Below are positions 43,925-56,729 of a DNA stretch of 64,000 bases, in pieces. This stretch comes from an uncultured delta proteobacterium (GTDB lineage: Bacteria > Desulfobacterota > Binatia > JACPRU01). The stretch spans positions 32,001-96,000 of the forward strand of contig CAVUWD010000010.1 in assembly GCA_963745025.1 (NCBI GenBank), written 5' to 3'. Each line of letters starts with the position of its first letter. Within the stretch, counting starts at the first letter, position 1. Below the pieces are notes generated by a model. It saw only the letters and a program-made list of their open reading frames with translations, made no database searches and was not told the DNA's origin. A program made the translations under genes and the position numbers.

Positions 43925-46168
43925 TCAAATCCGAGCCTCCTCGAGCGCGGCATTCAGCAGCCGGTGCACGGACAGCCCATCGTCTTCCCCGAGTGCCTCA
44001 TCGAGGAGCTCCCGTGCCCGCTTGGCCGTGAAAGTTCGGATCACGAGCTTCACGCGTGAAAGGCTCGCAGGGCTCATGCTCAGCGCATCGATTCCCATGC
44101 CGAGGAGTACGAGAGCGCCGGCGGGATCACCTGCCATTTCGCCGCACACGGTCACGGGCGTGCTTCGTTCGTGCGCGTCGTGGATCACTTTCACGACCGC
44201 ATCGAGGACGGCGGGATGAAGACTGTCGTACGGAGTCGCCACCTGGGCGTTATTTCTATCCGCTGCGAGCATGTACTGGGTGAGATCGTTCGTGCCGACG
44301 GAGAGATAGTCCACGCGTTCGGCCAACGACTTGGTCAGAAAGACGGCGGAGGGCACCTCGATCAGCGCCCCGACTCGCGGCTTCGCGCTCACCTGGCCTT
44401 CTTCCAGCAGCTCCCGGTGAGCGCGCTCCAGTAGCTCAAGGGCTTCATCCAGCTCACCGAGCCTGGCAATCATCGGAAAGAGCAGCTGCAGGTTTTCGAG
44501 GCCCGCGTTGGCTCGCAACAGAGCCCGCAGTTGAATCAGGAAGATCTCCGGGTGCTCGAGGGAGAAGCGGATTCCGCGACAGCCCAGAAATGGGTTGTCT
44601 TCCTCCACGGGAAAATATCGCAGGATCTTGTCGCCGCCTACGTCGAGAGTGCGCACGGTCACGGGCTTGGGTGCGAAGGCTTCCAATAGCTGGCGATAGA
44701 TCTGGTACTGCTCATCTTCGACCGGGAAGGATTCGCGTAATAGAAACAGGTATTCCGTGCGGTAGAGGCCGACGCCTTCGGCGCCGCTCTGCCGAGCGGT
44801 TTCGATGTCGGACACCAATCCGATATTCGCGTACAGCGGCAACCGAACACCATCCAGAGTTTCCGCCGGCAGATCGCGGAGCCCGATCAGCCGCCCAGAA
44901 ATCGCCTTCTGTTCGGCAGACGCGTCGTTCGAACGCCTCGAGCGTGGAGTGCGGTGGGTGCACGTAGATGCGACCCTGGTCGCCGTCGACTATGATCGTG
45001 CGGCCCTCGAGATGGCTGATGGGCAGCGACAAGAGACTCACGACGGCGGGAATTCCCAGGGCACGCGCCAGCACGGTGGCGTGAGACAGCGCCGAGCCGT
45101 GCGTGCACACGATGCCGGCAAGTCGCTCGACGGGCACCGCGGCGATCTCCGTTACGGTGACCGTCTCTGCCACGAGAATACAACGTTCCGGATACGTTCT
45201 TGACTCTTTGACCTTCGACTGGAGATGGACGAGAACGCTTCGGCCAATCGAGCGAATATCTTCCGCGCGTGCGCGCAAATACGGATCGTCCATTTGATCG
45301 AAGATCCTCGCGCGGTCGACGATGGTGTCACGCCATGCTCCGGCGGCCCAGTTTCCCCCGCGGATCCGTTGGATGGTGTCTGAGAGCAGGCTGTCACTGC
45401 CGAGCAACATCACGTACGCCTCGAAGCAACTCCCGCATCTCGCTGGGGAGATCACCAGTCAGGCGCTTGCTACCCAAGTCGAGCTCCTGGCGAGCGGCAG
45501 CCACAGCGGTTCGGAATAGCGGTCTCTTCGCTGGCGATGTCCTGGATGCGGCGATCCGGTACGGACTCCAGCTTTCCCAACGGGTCGAGCAGTGCAGCGG
45601 TGCCGATGGCAATACCGGCGGCCGCCTGAACGCCCTGAATGAATGCCTTCTCCTGTGCCTCGCCGCGCAGCAGCCTGGTCACTTCGTCGGCTGCCGCAGC
45701 TTCATGGATGAGCTTCGCCAGCTGCGCTGCGATCGTGACGAAGAACGTCACTTCATCCTTGTCGAATTGCGCGTGTCCCTTTTTCCAGGCTGCCAGCACG
45801 CCGAGGACGTGGTGATAATGGATCAGCGGTATGCCGAGAAAGGTGTCGTAATGTTCCTCCGCTGTTTCGGGAGAAGGGCGGTAACGCGGGTGTGCCGTCG
45901 CATCCTTCAGAACGACAAGCTCTCGGCGTTCTCCGACCAAGCCCAGCAAGCCGCTGTGCCGATCTGCGCGGACCCGTCCGACCGATGCGGAGCGAAGTCC
46001 ACTCGATGCCATCAGGACATACTCGTCGGTCTCGACATCGGTCAGGTAGACCGCGATGGCATCGACCGGCAGAGAGCGTTTGATCCGGCGAACGATGACG
46101 GCCAGAGCCTCATCCAGATTCGACGCGGTACGGACCTCCCGTACGATGTCTTGGACCTCAGCAAGCAT
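43925..46168 (-). pseudogene. ptsP: GAF-domain PTS enzyme I-Ntr PtsP, full length but with three apparent +1 frameshifts (~45515, ~45425, ~44920), possibly sequencing errors
   Basis: N-terminal GAF, phospho-His SHATVLARALGIP, GVGLYRTE, RTLDVGGDK, SVGTNDLTQY, CGEMAG. Confidence 0.88.
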
Positions 46169-46180
46169 TGAGAAACACTT

Positions 46181-49100
46181 TCACGATCTGGATCCGAGCA
46201 CGACCCGCACCCGATGTGTGGCTCCGTCATCGACGAGCGGCAACTCTGCTCGTGCGGCGACCGTGCCCTCGCGGAGCGGGACGATTCGAGTGCCGTCTAG
46301 CTCTACGCTCGCGACTCCGCGCGTCGCCCCGTGCGGGTTTTCGACGACGATGGCGTAACGGGAAGAACGGTAGCGGAAGGTCATCTCGTATCCGGGCCAC
46401 GCGCGCGGGATGCAGGGGTCGATCCGGAGCGTCTCGCCGCGCAGGCGAAGCCCGAGGATCCATTCGATCCCCGCCCGATAGAGCCATCCGGCCGAGCCCG
46501 TGTACCAGGTCCAGCCGCCGCGACCGACGTGCGGCGGAGATGCGTAGACATCGGCGGCGAGCACATAAGGCTCGACCTTGTAGCGGCGGACACCGATACG
46601 TGTGTTCGCGTGATGAATCGGGTTCAAGAGCCCGAAGAGCTCGTGGGCCTTGTCGCCCTCGCCCATCTCCGCGAAGGCGACGACCACCCATGCCGCGGCA
46701 TGGGTGTACTGGCCGCCGTTCTCGCGGACGCCGGGCACGTACCCTTTGATGTACCCCGGATCGGGAAGCGAGCGGTCGAAGGGCGGTGCGAAGAGAGCGA
46801 CGAGGCCATCGTCGCGCCGCACTAGGTGCTCTTCAACCGCCGCCATCGCTCGTTTCGCGCGCGCCGGGTCCGCGGCCCCCGAGATGACCGCCCAGGACTG
46901 CGCGATCGAGTCGATACGGCATTCCGTGTTTTCCGCAGACCCGAGGGGCGTTCCGTCGTCGAAGTAGCCGCGACGATACCACTCGCCGTCCCACGCCTCG
47001 CGCTCGATCGCGGTCTCGAGGGCACCCGCGTGGCGACGCCAGCGCTCGGCACGCTCTTCATCTTTGCGGAGATCCGCGAAGCGGGCGAATCCCGAGAGTG
47101 TGGCGTGGAGGAACCAGCCGAGCCACACGCTCTCGCCTTTCCCCTCCGAGCCAACGCGGTTCATGCCGTCGTTCCAGTCTCCCGAGCCGATGAGCGGCAG
47201 GCCGTGGCTGCCGACCGCGAGGCTCCGGTCGAGCGTGCGCGCGCAGTGCTCGAAGAGCGTCGCCGATTCGCGCGATGGTGCGGGCTGGAAGTACGCGTCG
47301 TCGTGGCCGGGCTCGAGCTTCGGCCCGTCGAGAAAGGGCACGCGCTCGTCGAGCACGGCGAGATCGCCCGTCACTTCGAGGTAATGCGTGACTGCGTAAG
47401 GTAACCACAGGAGGTCGTCCGAGATCCGGGTTCGGACGCCACGGCCCGAGGGGGGGTGCCACCAATGCTGGACGTCGCCTTCGACGAACTGCCGTGCAGC
47501 AGCCCGGAGAAGCTGCTCGCGGGCCAGACCGGGCGCCGCGACAGCGAGGGCCATCCCGTCCTGAAGCTGATCGCGAAAGCCGTATGCGCCGCCCGCTTGA
47601 TAGAGCGCCGCCCGTGCCCAGAAGCGACACGCGAGCGTCTGATAGAGGAGCCAGCCGTTCAAGAGAACGTCCATCGAGCGGTCAGGCGTCTTCACCTGGA
47701 CGGCTCCTAGGACGTCCTCCCATCGCGAGGTCACGGTCCTCCACAAGACGTCGACGTCGGCCGCGCGGTAGCGCTCGATCAACGAGCGTGCTTCGGCGGC
47801 GTTCGCCCCCTGCCCGAGAAGGAAGGAGAGCTCGGTCCGCTCACCCGCGTCGAGATCGACCGTCAGCTGGAGCGCGGCGCACGGATCGATGCCCGCGCCC
47901 GCGGCTCCGGCGAGCGGCCGGCCCTCCTCCTCGAGTGCAGCCGGATGATCGAGCGTGCCGTTTCGCCCGAGAAACTCCGTACGGTCCGCCGTCCAGGACG
48001 TCTGTCGGCCCGCGAGGTCCGCGAACGCGACACGGTCCGCGAACTCGGCATTCCAGAAGTTGCGGGCGAAGAGCGCCCCGGTTCCCTCGTCGAGGTGGGT
48101 CACGATGAATGGCGCAGACGAGCTCCGGCCGGCGCCGAGCGCCCACTCGACGTAGGCGGTGACGGAGAGGCGACGCCGCCGTCCCGAGCGGTTCTCGATC
48201 GCAAGGCGCGAGACTTTGATCGGGTCTTCCGGTGGCACGAGCTGAAGCAGCTCGAGCGCGATCCCGTGGGAGGTATGCTCGAAGCGGCTGTAACCTGGAC
48301 CGTGGGTCGCGACGTACGGCGAGGTGTCCTCGCGGATCGGCAACGCCGTCGGCCCCCAGAGCTCGCCGCTCTCCTCGTCCCGGATGTACAGCGCCTCGCC
48401 GGGCGCATCGCTCACGGGGTCGTTCGACCATGGCGTCAGCTGATTCTCCCGGCTGTTCGTCGACCAGGTGTAGCCCGCGCCCGATTCCGACACCTGAAAG
48501 CCGAACGACGGATTCGCGATCACGTTGATCCACGGCGCGGGCGTCCACTGCCCTTCGCCGAGGATCGTGCGGTACTCTCGCCCTCCCGCGGCGAAACCGC
48601 CGAGGCCATTGAAAAACTCGAGATCCCCGGAGGCCGGCCTCTCTTCGATCGGCGGTGCGAGTCGGCGCCGCCGCTCGCCGGCGGAGTGTGCGACCTCGGG
48701 ATGGGGTAGCCGTTCGACCTGCTCGGCGAGCGTGCCCCGCCGACTGAGTAGCACGGCACGTGCGGCACTCTGCAAGAGGATGCGATCCGCGGGCGGGATG
48801 CGGTCCGCGCGCAGAATGAAGATCCCTCCTCGGCTTTCGAATCCGTCGTGCTGCTGGTGCTTTGCCTTACTCGTCCGCAGCAGCTCCTCCAGCGACGCCT
48901 GGAGGTCCTGCGCATAGGACGTGCCCTTTTCGTTGAGGATGACGAGGTCGACGGCGAGCCGCTTCGTGCGCCAGTACTCGTGCGCGCGAAGACACTGGCG
49001 CACGATCTCGCGATCTTCCGGCTCGTCGATGCGCACCAGTACGATCGGCAAATCGCCGGAGATGCCGTACGGCCAGAGCGCCACCTGGCCGAGCGTGTTC

Positions 49101-52100
49101 CGCGCGAGGACATCGGGCGGCGGCCGGAGGGTCGGATCGGAGTAGATGACGCGATTGGCGAGGCGCTGGAAGAGATGCGCCTCGTCGGTCCCCACACCGA
49201 GGTGGTGCAGCTGCACCTGAGCCTGCGTCCAAGCGAGCGTGACCACACGCTCGAACGCCGACGGGGCGGAGTACTTGTCGGCGAGGTCGAGGGCCTCGTC
49301 GCGCGTCGAGGCGACCACGGTCGAGAAGGTGACCCGAACGGCAACCCCGGATGGAATCCGGACGCGGCGCCGAAGGCTCACGATCGGGTCGAGGATCGAG
49401 CCAACCGTCCCGGACAATGGCCGTCCGTCGATCACGGACATCGGGGTCCGGATCCCACGCCCGTGCCCGAGAAAGCCTGCTCGGTCGGTTTCGAACTCGA
49501 CCTCCCCGACCGTCTCCCCCTCGACGGCCAGGACATGCGCGGCCCAAATCGGGGCTTCGCCTGCGAGGCGGGACCGGCGGGTCGCGAGAAGCGCCTTCGG
49601 CGAGGCGGCAAACTCCGTCTGGACGAAGAGATTCGAGAAGGCCGGATGAGCGGCGTCGGCGGCGGGCGGCGCGAGAACGATCTCGGCATAAGACGTGAGC
49701 TCGATCTCGCGCGTTCTGAGGCCGCTGTTCGTCAGCGATACGCGGCGCAGCTCCGCATCGTCCTCCGGGGAGACCACGACCTCGAGAGTGGACGTGATCG
49801 CGCCGTCGCGTCGGACGATCTGCGCGCGATCCTCGGAGTAGGCGACTTCATAGGACGTGGGCTCGGCCCCGCTCGGCTGGTATCCCGCGGACCAGACCTC
49901 GCCGCTCGCCACGTCGCGGAGGAAGACGTAGGTGCCCCAGCAGTCGCGCGTGACGTCCTCGCGCCAGCGCGTGACGGCGAGATCCCGCCAGCGGCTATAG
50001 CCCGAGCCCGCCGCCGTGATCATCACGGCGTAGCGCCCGTTCGAGAGGAGATGCGTGCGAGGCGTCGGGTCGTGCGGCGAGTGGAAGCGCCGCACGACCG
50101 GAGGGCCGACGTCGCTCACGCGACTCGCCGCTTCGACCTCCTCGGCGCGCGGTCGGGCGACGAGGGCATCGCGCGGCGTACGCTCCTGCAGCAGGAGCTC
50201 CGTCGCACGGACGATCGGCTCGGCGTGAAAGCGCGCCTGCATGACGGCGCCGGTGAGCACGTTCGCGAGCGCGACGAGCGTCATGCCCTGGTGGTGCGCC
50301 ATGTACGCGCGCACCACGGCCACGGAGGCTCCTTCGGGAACCCGGGTGGCGGTGTAATCGAGCGCCTCGTAGAAGCCGTACCGGCCGCTCCCGCCCGCCG
50401 CCTCGAGGCGCGCGAAGTTTTTCGCTGCGGCCTCCGGGTCGACCATCGCAGCCAGCGCCGTCGCATAGGGTGCGATGACGACGTCCTCGCTGAGACCGCG
50501 CTTCAGCCCGAGTCCCGGGACGCCGAAGCTCGAGTACTGATACGTTTGCTCGAGGTCGCGGGCATTGAAGGCGGACTCCGAGACCCCCCACGCCACTCCC
50601 CGCTTCCGCCCGTACTCGATCTGCCGCCGCACCACGAGCCGGCACGTGAGGTCGAAGAGGCTCGACGGCGGCGAGGAGAGCACGAGGCTCGGCATCAGGT
50701 ACTCGAACATCGAGCCCGACCACGAGACGAGCGCCGATCCCCGACCCACCGGCGTCAGTGCGCGGCCGAGCCGGAACCAGTGTGTGGACGGAACGTCGCC
50801 CTTGGCGATCGCGATGAAGCTCGTGAGCCGGGCCTCGGACGCTAGGAGATCGTAGCAGTTGGGATCGAGGCTGCCGTCGCTCACGCTGTAGCCGATCGCG
50901 AAGAGCTTTCGCGCCGGATCGAAGAGAAAACCGAACTCCATGCCGCGGAAGAGATCGTCGGCGAGCCGGGCGAGCGTCGAGAGGCGCCGGACGAGCGCGC
51001 CGGCCGCACGTTCGGGATCGCCGACCGGCGGCTCGGCCGCACCTGCAATCGCGGCCTCGCAGCGCTCGGCCATCGCGCCGAGGCTCGACATCGATCCCCC
51101 GGTCACGTCGGTCGCGCGCCACGCGGACGCGGATACGAGTTCGAGATCGCGCGCGTGGCTCGCGACGCAGGCGCGCGCGGCCTCCGCCCAGGCAAGGAGC
51201 TCGCGATCGGCCGTGTCGGCGCCGTCCCCGAGGAGAGCACGCGCGACATCGACCACAGTGTCCGCGCTCGCCTGGAGCTCTACCAAGCGAGCGGACCACT
51301 GGACAGGTGTCGGCGGAACGGACTCGAGCCCGGCAGCGAATGCGGTCAGCGCATCGTCCAGGTGCTTTCGGCTCACGAGCTCCGAACGACGCTGGTCGCC
51401 GAGCGCTTCGACCGAGGCCCGAGCGAGGAGCACTGCGTCGAGGATTCCCGCCAGCACCCGGGCGTCGAGGAGCGGCCGGTCGATCAGCTCGCGACACGCG
51501 TTCGACAACGCGAGCAGGTGCCCGGCGAGATTGCCGCTGTCGACCGACGAGACGTACTTCGGCTCGAGCGGGCGAAGATCGCGCGTCCCGTACCAGTTGT
51601 AAAAATGGCCTCGGAAACGCTCGAGGCGGGACATCGTGCCGAGCGTCGCCTCGAGCCGCTCGACCATGTCGACGGTCCCGATCCAGCCAAGATCGCGAGC
51701 GGTGACGGTGGACAGGAGAGCCATGCCGAGGTTCGTGGGCGAGGTACGGTGGGCAACGACCGGATTCGGCTCCTCCTGGAAATTGTCGGGAGGAAGCGCG
51801 TGATCTTCCGCACCGACGAAGGTCTCGAAGAAGCGCCATGTCCGACGCGCAATCAGCCGCAGGGTCCGCGCGTCTTCGGCCGAGAGCCACGGCGCACCCG
51901 CGCCGCGCGGCGGCGAGCTCAGCCAGAGCGCGACCGCGGGCGAAAGTGCCCAGAGAAACAGGAACGGCGTCGCGACGCCGGCGGCCGCGGGGCGTGCTCG
52001 AAGCACGATCACTGCCGCGATCCCTGCGAGCACCGGGGCGCTCGCGAGGCGCACGTACAGGCCTTTCAGCGTGAGATCGACACCGGATCGCGACCGCGCC

Positions 52101-54863
52101 GCCGGTACCCACTCGAGAAGCCGCCGGCGCGTCACGTAGAGCCGAGACGAGGCTCCGCACGACGGCATCGATCATCAACCACGCCTGGTGGGCGAGCATG
52201 GTGACGGCGACCGCGACGTGCGAGACGGCGAGGACGAGGTCCATCGCAACGGCGCGAGCGTGCATCCGCTTCGCGATACCGCGCCGGCGCGGCACGATCC
52301 CGAGGAAGAAGGGCAGAAGGGCCGGGATCGCGATGCTCGCGAGCACGAAGCTCGTCCAGAAGACGGGCAAAGCTCCGGGGAGCGTCCATCCGACGAGGAG
52401 TGTGAGGAAGGCCGCCGGGGCCGACAAGGAACGGCGCAGGTTGTCGAGAATCTTCCACATGCCGATCGACGGGATGCGGGTCCGCACGAGGCGGCCCTCT
52501 CCGTCGCGCGCGTGCCCGAGAACCCATGGCAGAAGCTGCCAGTCGCCACGCGCCCAGCGGTGCTGCCGCACCGCTGCGACCTCGTAGTGCGACGGAAACT
52601 CCTCGAAGAGCTCGACGTCGGTCACGAGGCCCGCTCGCGCGAAGATTCCTTCGAAGAGATCGTGACTGAGGAGCGCATTCTCCGGCACGCGGCCGGCGAG
52701 CGCGGACTCGAACGCGTCGACGTCGTAGATGCCCTTTCCCGTGTACGATCCTTCGTCAAAGAGATCTTGGTACACGTCGGAGACCGTCGACGCGTAGGGA
52801 TCGATGCCCGAGGGACCCGAGAAGATTCTCTGGAATAGCGACCCTTCGCTTCGCGTTGGCAGCGACGACGTCACTCGTGGCTGCAAGAGCCCGTAGCCCT
52901 CGATGACGCGCGACTCGACGGGATCGAACCGCGGGCGATTCAGCGGATGCGCCATCGTTCCGACGAGGCGAACGGCGGTGCCGCGCGTGAGGCGCGTGTC
53001 GGCGTCGAGCGTGACGACGTAGCGGACGTCAGGAGGCACCGCCGGCCCGCCATCGGCGAATGGCACGAACGTCGTGTCCGCTCCGCCGCGGAGAAGCCGG
53101 TTCAGCTCCTGGAGCTTGCCGCGCTTGCGCTCCCAACCCATCCACTTTCGCTCGCTCTCGTTCCAGACGCGGCGTCGGTGGAGAAGAAAGAATCGCCGTC
53201 CGCCCCCCGGGACTGCACCATGGCGGGCGTTCAACCGCGCGATCCCCGCTGTCGCCGCGGCGAGGAGGTCGTCATCGCCGGGCGCATGCTCGACGCTTGA
53301 GTCCGTCCAGTCGGAAAGCAGCCCGAAGTGCAGCGCGCCGTCCGGATTGGCGAGATAGTGCACCTCGAGTCGGTCGATCAGCTCGTGGATCTCATCCTCG
53401 CTCGTGAGAAGGGACGGCATGACGACGATTGTCCGGAGGTTCGCTGGGACGCCGTCCCGAAGCTCGAGCTTCGGCAGCGAGCGAGGGCCGATGAACTCGG
53501 TCACCGCGCGGTTCACGAGCGCCACGGCGAGGTCGGACGCCGGAAAGAGGAGGAGGAGTGCGAGGGGGATTGCCCACGCCAAGCCGATGCCCGCCGCACC
53601 GAGTTGCCAGAGCGGAAACGCGACCAGCACGCCGCTCGCGACGGCGAGGGTGAGCACATAGCCGGGGTTCGCCGTGGTGACGTACGCGCGAAGCAGCCGG
53701 CGCACCGGAGAGATGCGGCAGCCGAGATCCGCCTCGAAGCCGGTCCTCCCCTCCGCGATCAGGTAGTAGCCGGGGTCGCCCTTACGATTTTCCGGGGCGC
53801 CGTCGGCGCCTCGACCCGGCCGCTGGGCGCGCCGCACGGCCTCCGCGCTCACCTCGAGCTCCGAGCGCCCGGACCCCCGCGCGAGCTCCTCGATCGCGTG
53901 GCGGTAGCGGTCGCGCGTCTGGAAGTCCATCGCGGAGAACTCCGCGCCACCGCGCAGGGTCTCGTCGACTAGGCTGACGCTTTCGAAGAAGCTCTCCCAG
54001 TCGAACACCGACATGAACCGCATGCTGGTGATGACGTTTCGCACGGTGACGTTCGCCGCCCCCTGGCTTTGCAGCTCGAGGTCCACGAGCTTGTCCACGG
54101 TCGTCCCCTGCTCCGCGAGGCGGTCGTCGAGCCACCGCAGCGCCGGTATCACTGCGGGATCCTGCTCGCGGAGCCGTTGCGCAAGTTGAACCGCGAACGC
54201 GCGTGTGAGCGGGATACCCTCGAAGCGCCGAAGAGCGGTGGCGGGCGAGAGCTGAGTGCTTCCAGGCGCACCGAGCAGACCGTCCGCGAGCGCGTCGGCC
54301 TCTTCGCGGGCGGCTCGAGACCGAACGATCCGGTCCGCGAGGCGCCGCAGGTTTTCGACCAGGACGATACGGAGCGCGATCGCGATTGCCCAGAGCTCCC
54401 CGATCGTCAGCGGCGCGACCCGCTGGTACGCGCGGACGAAGCGGCGGAGCATCTCAGGATCGAAGCGGCTATCGGTGTGGGCCACGAACGCCCACGCGAT
54501 TCCGAGAACGCGCGGGAATCCCTCCAGATGTCCTTCGGAGAGCTTCGGCAGCTCTCGGTAGAAGCTCGGCGGCAAGTCGTCGTGGATCTCGCGAATCTGC
54601 TCCTCGACGATGTGAAAGTTGTCGACGAGCCATTCGGCGGCCGGCGTGATCGCTCGTTCTTCGCGGATCGCGTGGGCGATGGCCCGGTACGACTCGAAGA
54701 GGACGCGGGCGTTTTCGTCGACCCGTGGCGCGACCCTCCGACCGCGTCGGCGGCCGGTGGCGACCCGCTGCGCCACGGCAAGGCTTTCCGCGTGCTGCTC
54801 GAGACGCTCGATACTGAAGAGCTCTGCTCGGATGGCTTCTTCGCGGTCGGCGAGCACACTCAT
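46181..54863 (-). CDS. ndvB: Cyclic beta-1,2-glucan synthase/phosphorylase (Cgs/NdvB/ChvB, ~2890 aa), one apparent +1 frameshift near 52145
   Basis: [95 protein letters not shown]. Confidence 0.93.
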
Positions 54864-54990
54864 CGACGACGGACCACCGGACACGGATCGCCAGAATGCG
54901 CTCGCGGAACATCGCACCTCAACCGTTGCTGCGTATACGGACGGACATCTCGGGCAGTGTAGGGAGTTTCAAAAAGTAAAGTTGTCTCGA

Positions 54991-55203
54991 TTACGCGATG
55001 AGCCGGTGTTCGCGCGCAGACTCGCGCTGGATGACAAGCGTAGCAATGTCTCCCGGCTCTAACGGGGAACACGGGCTTTGCATCCACATGAACGGGATCA
55101 AAATCTTCCGGCCTCGGATGACGGCCAATGCGCCCAGATCGGTGACGGGTCGGATCTGTATTTTCTCGATCGGGACCACGTCGTCGAGATGGCTCTCATG
55201 CAT
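54991..55203 (-). CDS. Small hypothetical protein (~70 aa)
   Basis: Compact ORF MHESHLDDVVPIEKIQIRPVTDLG... with globular composition, divergent from the RRM gene. Confidence 0.45.
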   Translation of the reverse strand: MHESHLDDVVPIEKIQIRPVTDLGALAVIRGRKILIPFMWMQSPCSPLEPGDIATLVIQRESAREHRLIA

Positions 55204-55469
55204 CGCGCCCCCCCTGGTCAAGGGTCCGCGAAGCGAGTTCCCGTGGACAGGCAGAAAGGCTTGTGAACGAGTGATCCCGCTGAACGGGCCGGTAAAAAGC
55301 CTATCGTACTCCCGTTATGTTGGAGTTGATAGCGTCACGTCACTTGGGCATCTTCCCGGACGCCCACATACGTAAGCAAAACTGAACCGCCGGTAGCGGC
55401 TCCGAGCGGGAAGCTTGTGTCGTTCGGTCAGCGAGCTCGCAAGTCATGATTGCGTTCGGGAGCAAAGGA

Positions 55470-55485
55470 TGGCACGGTAATGGCA
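55470..55485 (+). promoter_or_regulatory. Putative sigma54 (-24/-12) promoter
   Basis: TGGCACGGTAATGGCA: GG-N10-GC spacing with an exact TGGCACG -24 element. Confidence 0.65.
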
Positions 55486-55597
55486 CTAAGCCTGACTGTC
55501 CGGCGCGAGAAACCCTCCGGTTGTACCGGTTCACGCAAATCCTCCCGCTCGTCACTCTCAGGAAGTCTCGGCAACGACAGCAGGTGTCGGTTGCCGC
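55486..55597 (+). ncRNA. Candidate structured cis-regulatory leader RNA, copy A (5' of RRM gene)
   Basis: Three blocks shared with 60426-60533; 3' hairpin CGGCAAC-GACA-GCAGG-TGTC-G-GTTGCCG. Confidence 0.5.
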
Positions 55598-55651
55598 TCG
55601 CCAACTTACCTGAGGCCCGCCGCCAAGGCGGGTTACGAGGAGATCAGCATC

Positions 55652-55942
55652 GTGGGAAAGAAACTCTACATCGGCAATCTCGGCTACGAAGTCACATCCA
55701 AGGATCTGGAGGCGCTGTTCGCCCAGGCTGGCGCTTGCCAATCCGCGACGGTCATCATGGACCGCGATAGCGGCCAGTCTCGGGGGTTCGGCTTCGTGGA
55801 AATGAGCTCCGACGCCGACGCTCAGAAGGCGATCCAGCAGTTCAACGGTCAGGATCTCAAAGGCCGCGCCCTCAAGGTGAACGAGGCGATCGATCGCGGA
55901 AACAATCGCGGTGGAGGCGGGTATTCCGGGAATCGCCGCTAG
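55652..55942 (+). CDS. RRM (RNP-1) RNA-binding protein with Gly-rich tail
   Basis: RNP2 LYIGNL, RNP1 RGFGFVEM, GRALKVNEA; GAGGAG RBS. Confidence 0.95.
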   Translation: MGKKLYIGNLGYEVTSKDLEALFAQAGACQSATVIMDRDSGQSRGFGFVEMSSDADAQKAIQQFNGQDLKGRALKVNEAIDRGNNRGGGGYSGNRR

Positions 55943-56011
55943 GGCGGGCTTGCCCTGTGAGGCGACTGCGATCGTCGCAGGGATGGTCGTCGCCAACGAA
56001 CGGAGGTAACC

Positions 56012-56152
56012 ATGGGCGACAAATCACCCAAGTCGAAACAGCGCAGCCAACGGCAGAAGAACGCCGCCAAAGCGCAAGGCGCGGCCACGGCGAAGTCCAA
56101 GCAAGACAGCCATAGCCACGCTCTTCCGATTTCGGCGCAGGGCAGGAGGTAG
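56012..56152 (+). CDS. 46-aa small basic protein (not in ORF track)
   Basis: GGAGG RBS then MGDKSPKSKQRSQRQKNAAKAQGAATAKSKQDSHSHALPISAQGRR. Confidence 0.7.
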   Translation: MGDKSPKSKQRSQRQKNAAKAQGAATAKSKQDSHSHALPISAQGRR

Positions 56153-56203
56153 CTCTCGGGATTCGATGCTGCCGCGGCGCCTCGGCCATGACGAGAGGCA
56201 GCG

Positions 56204-56473
56204 ATGAAGACCATCAGCAACAAGACCCAAAGACCCCTCAGTGTCCCATTGCCGCGCGGCAAGACCTTGCATCTCGGTCCCGGAAAGACCGGACAGATCG
56301 CCTCGAACGCCGCCGATCATCCGGAACTCAAGAAGCTAGTCGAAGCAGGCAAAATCGAGATCCTCGGCGAGGGTTCTGGATCCGCCGAGGGAGCCGGGAG
56401 CGACAAGGCGCGGGGAACCTGGATGCCCGGCCACGCTTCGGGCGGCCGTAGTCGCCGCAGCGGCGACCGCTAG
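56204..56473 (+). CDS. Small conserved-looking hypothetical protein
   Basis: GAGAGG RBS; MKTISNKTQRPLSVPLPRGKTLHLGPGKTGQI...LKKLVEAGKIEI. Confidence 0.7.
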   Translation: MKTISNKTQRPLSVPLPRGKTLHLGPGKTGQIASNAADHPELKKLVEAGKIEILGEGSGSAEGAGSDKARGTWMPGHASGGRSRRSGDR

Positions 56474-56729
56474 TTCCTACGGTTCTGGGGCCTCACTTTG
56501 CTCCGAACTGACACAGAAGGAGCTGCGCCTGCACCGGTGCGCGCGACTTCGTCGATTTTCTTCTCGATGGCCCGGTTGTGCTGAAGAGGCGCCGGCAGCG
56601 GTAGGCGGCGCTTCACCTGCTCGGCGACACGCGCCCAGGGGTCGCGCCCAAGGGTCGCTTGACGGGCGTGGGTGACCCCGGTCTAGTCTCTGGACCGAAG
56701 AGGCGCGGTTGCTCTCGCTCCGCGGAACG

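Noticed and set aside
52130-52170. Programmed ribosomal frameshift in cgs
   Set aside because: No slippery heptamer; it has the same single-base insertion pattern as other loci, which fits sequencing error
55486-55597. Glycine riboswitch, suggested by ACTCTCAGG
   Set aside because: The GGAGA and CCGAAG core elements are missing and the downstream genes are unrelated to glycine metabolism
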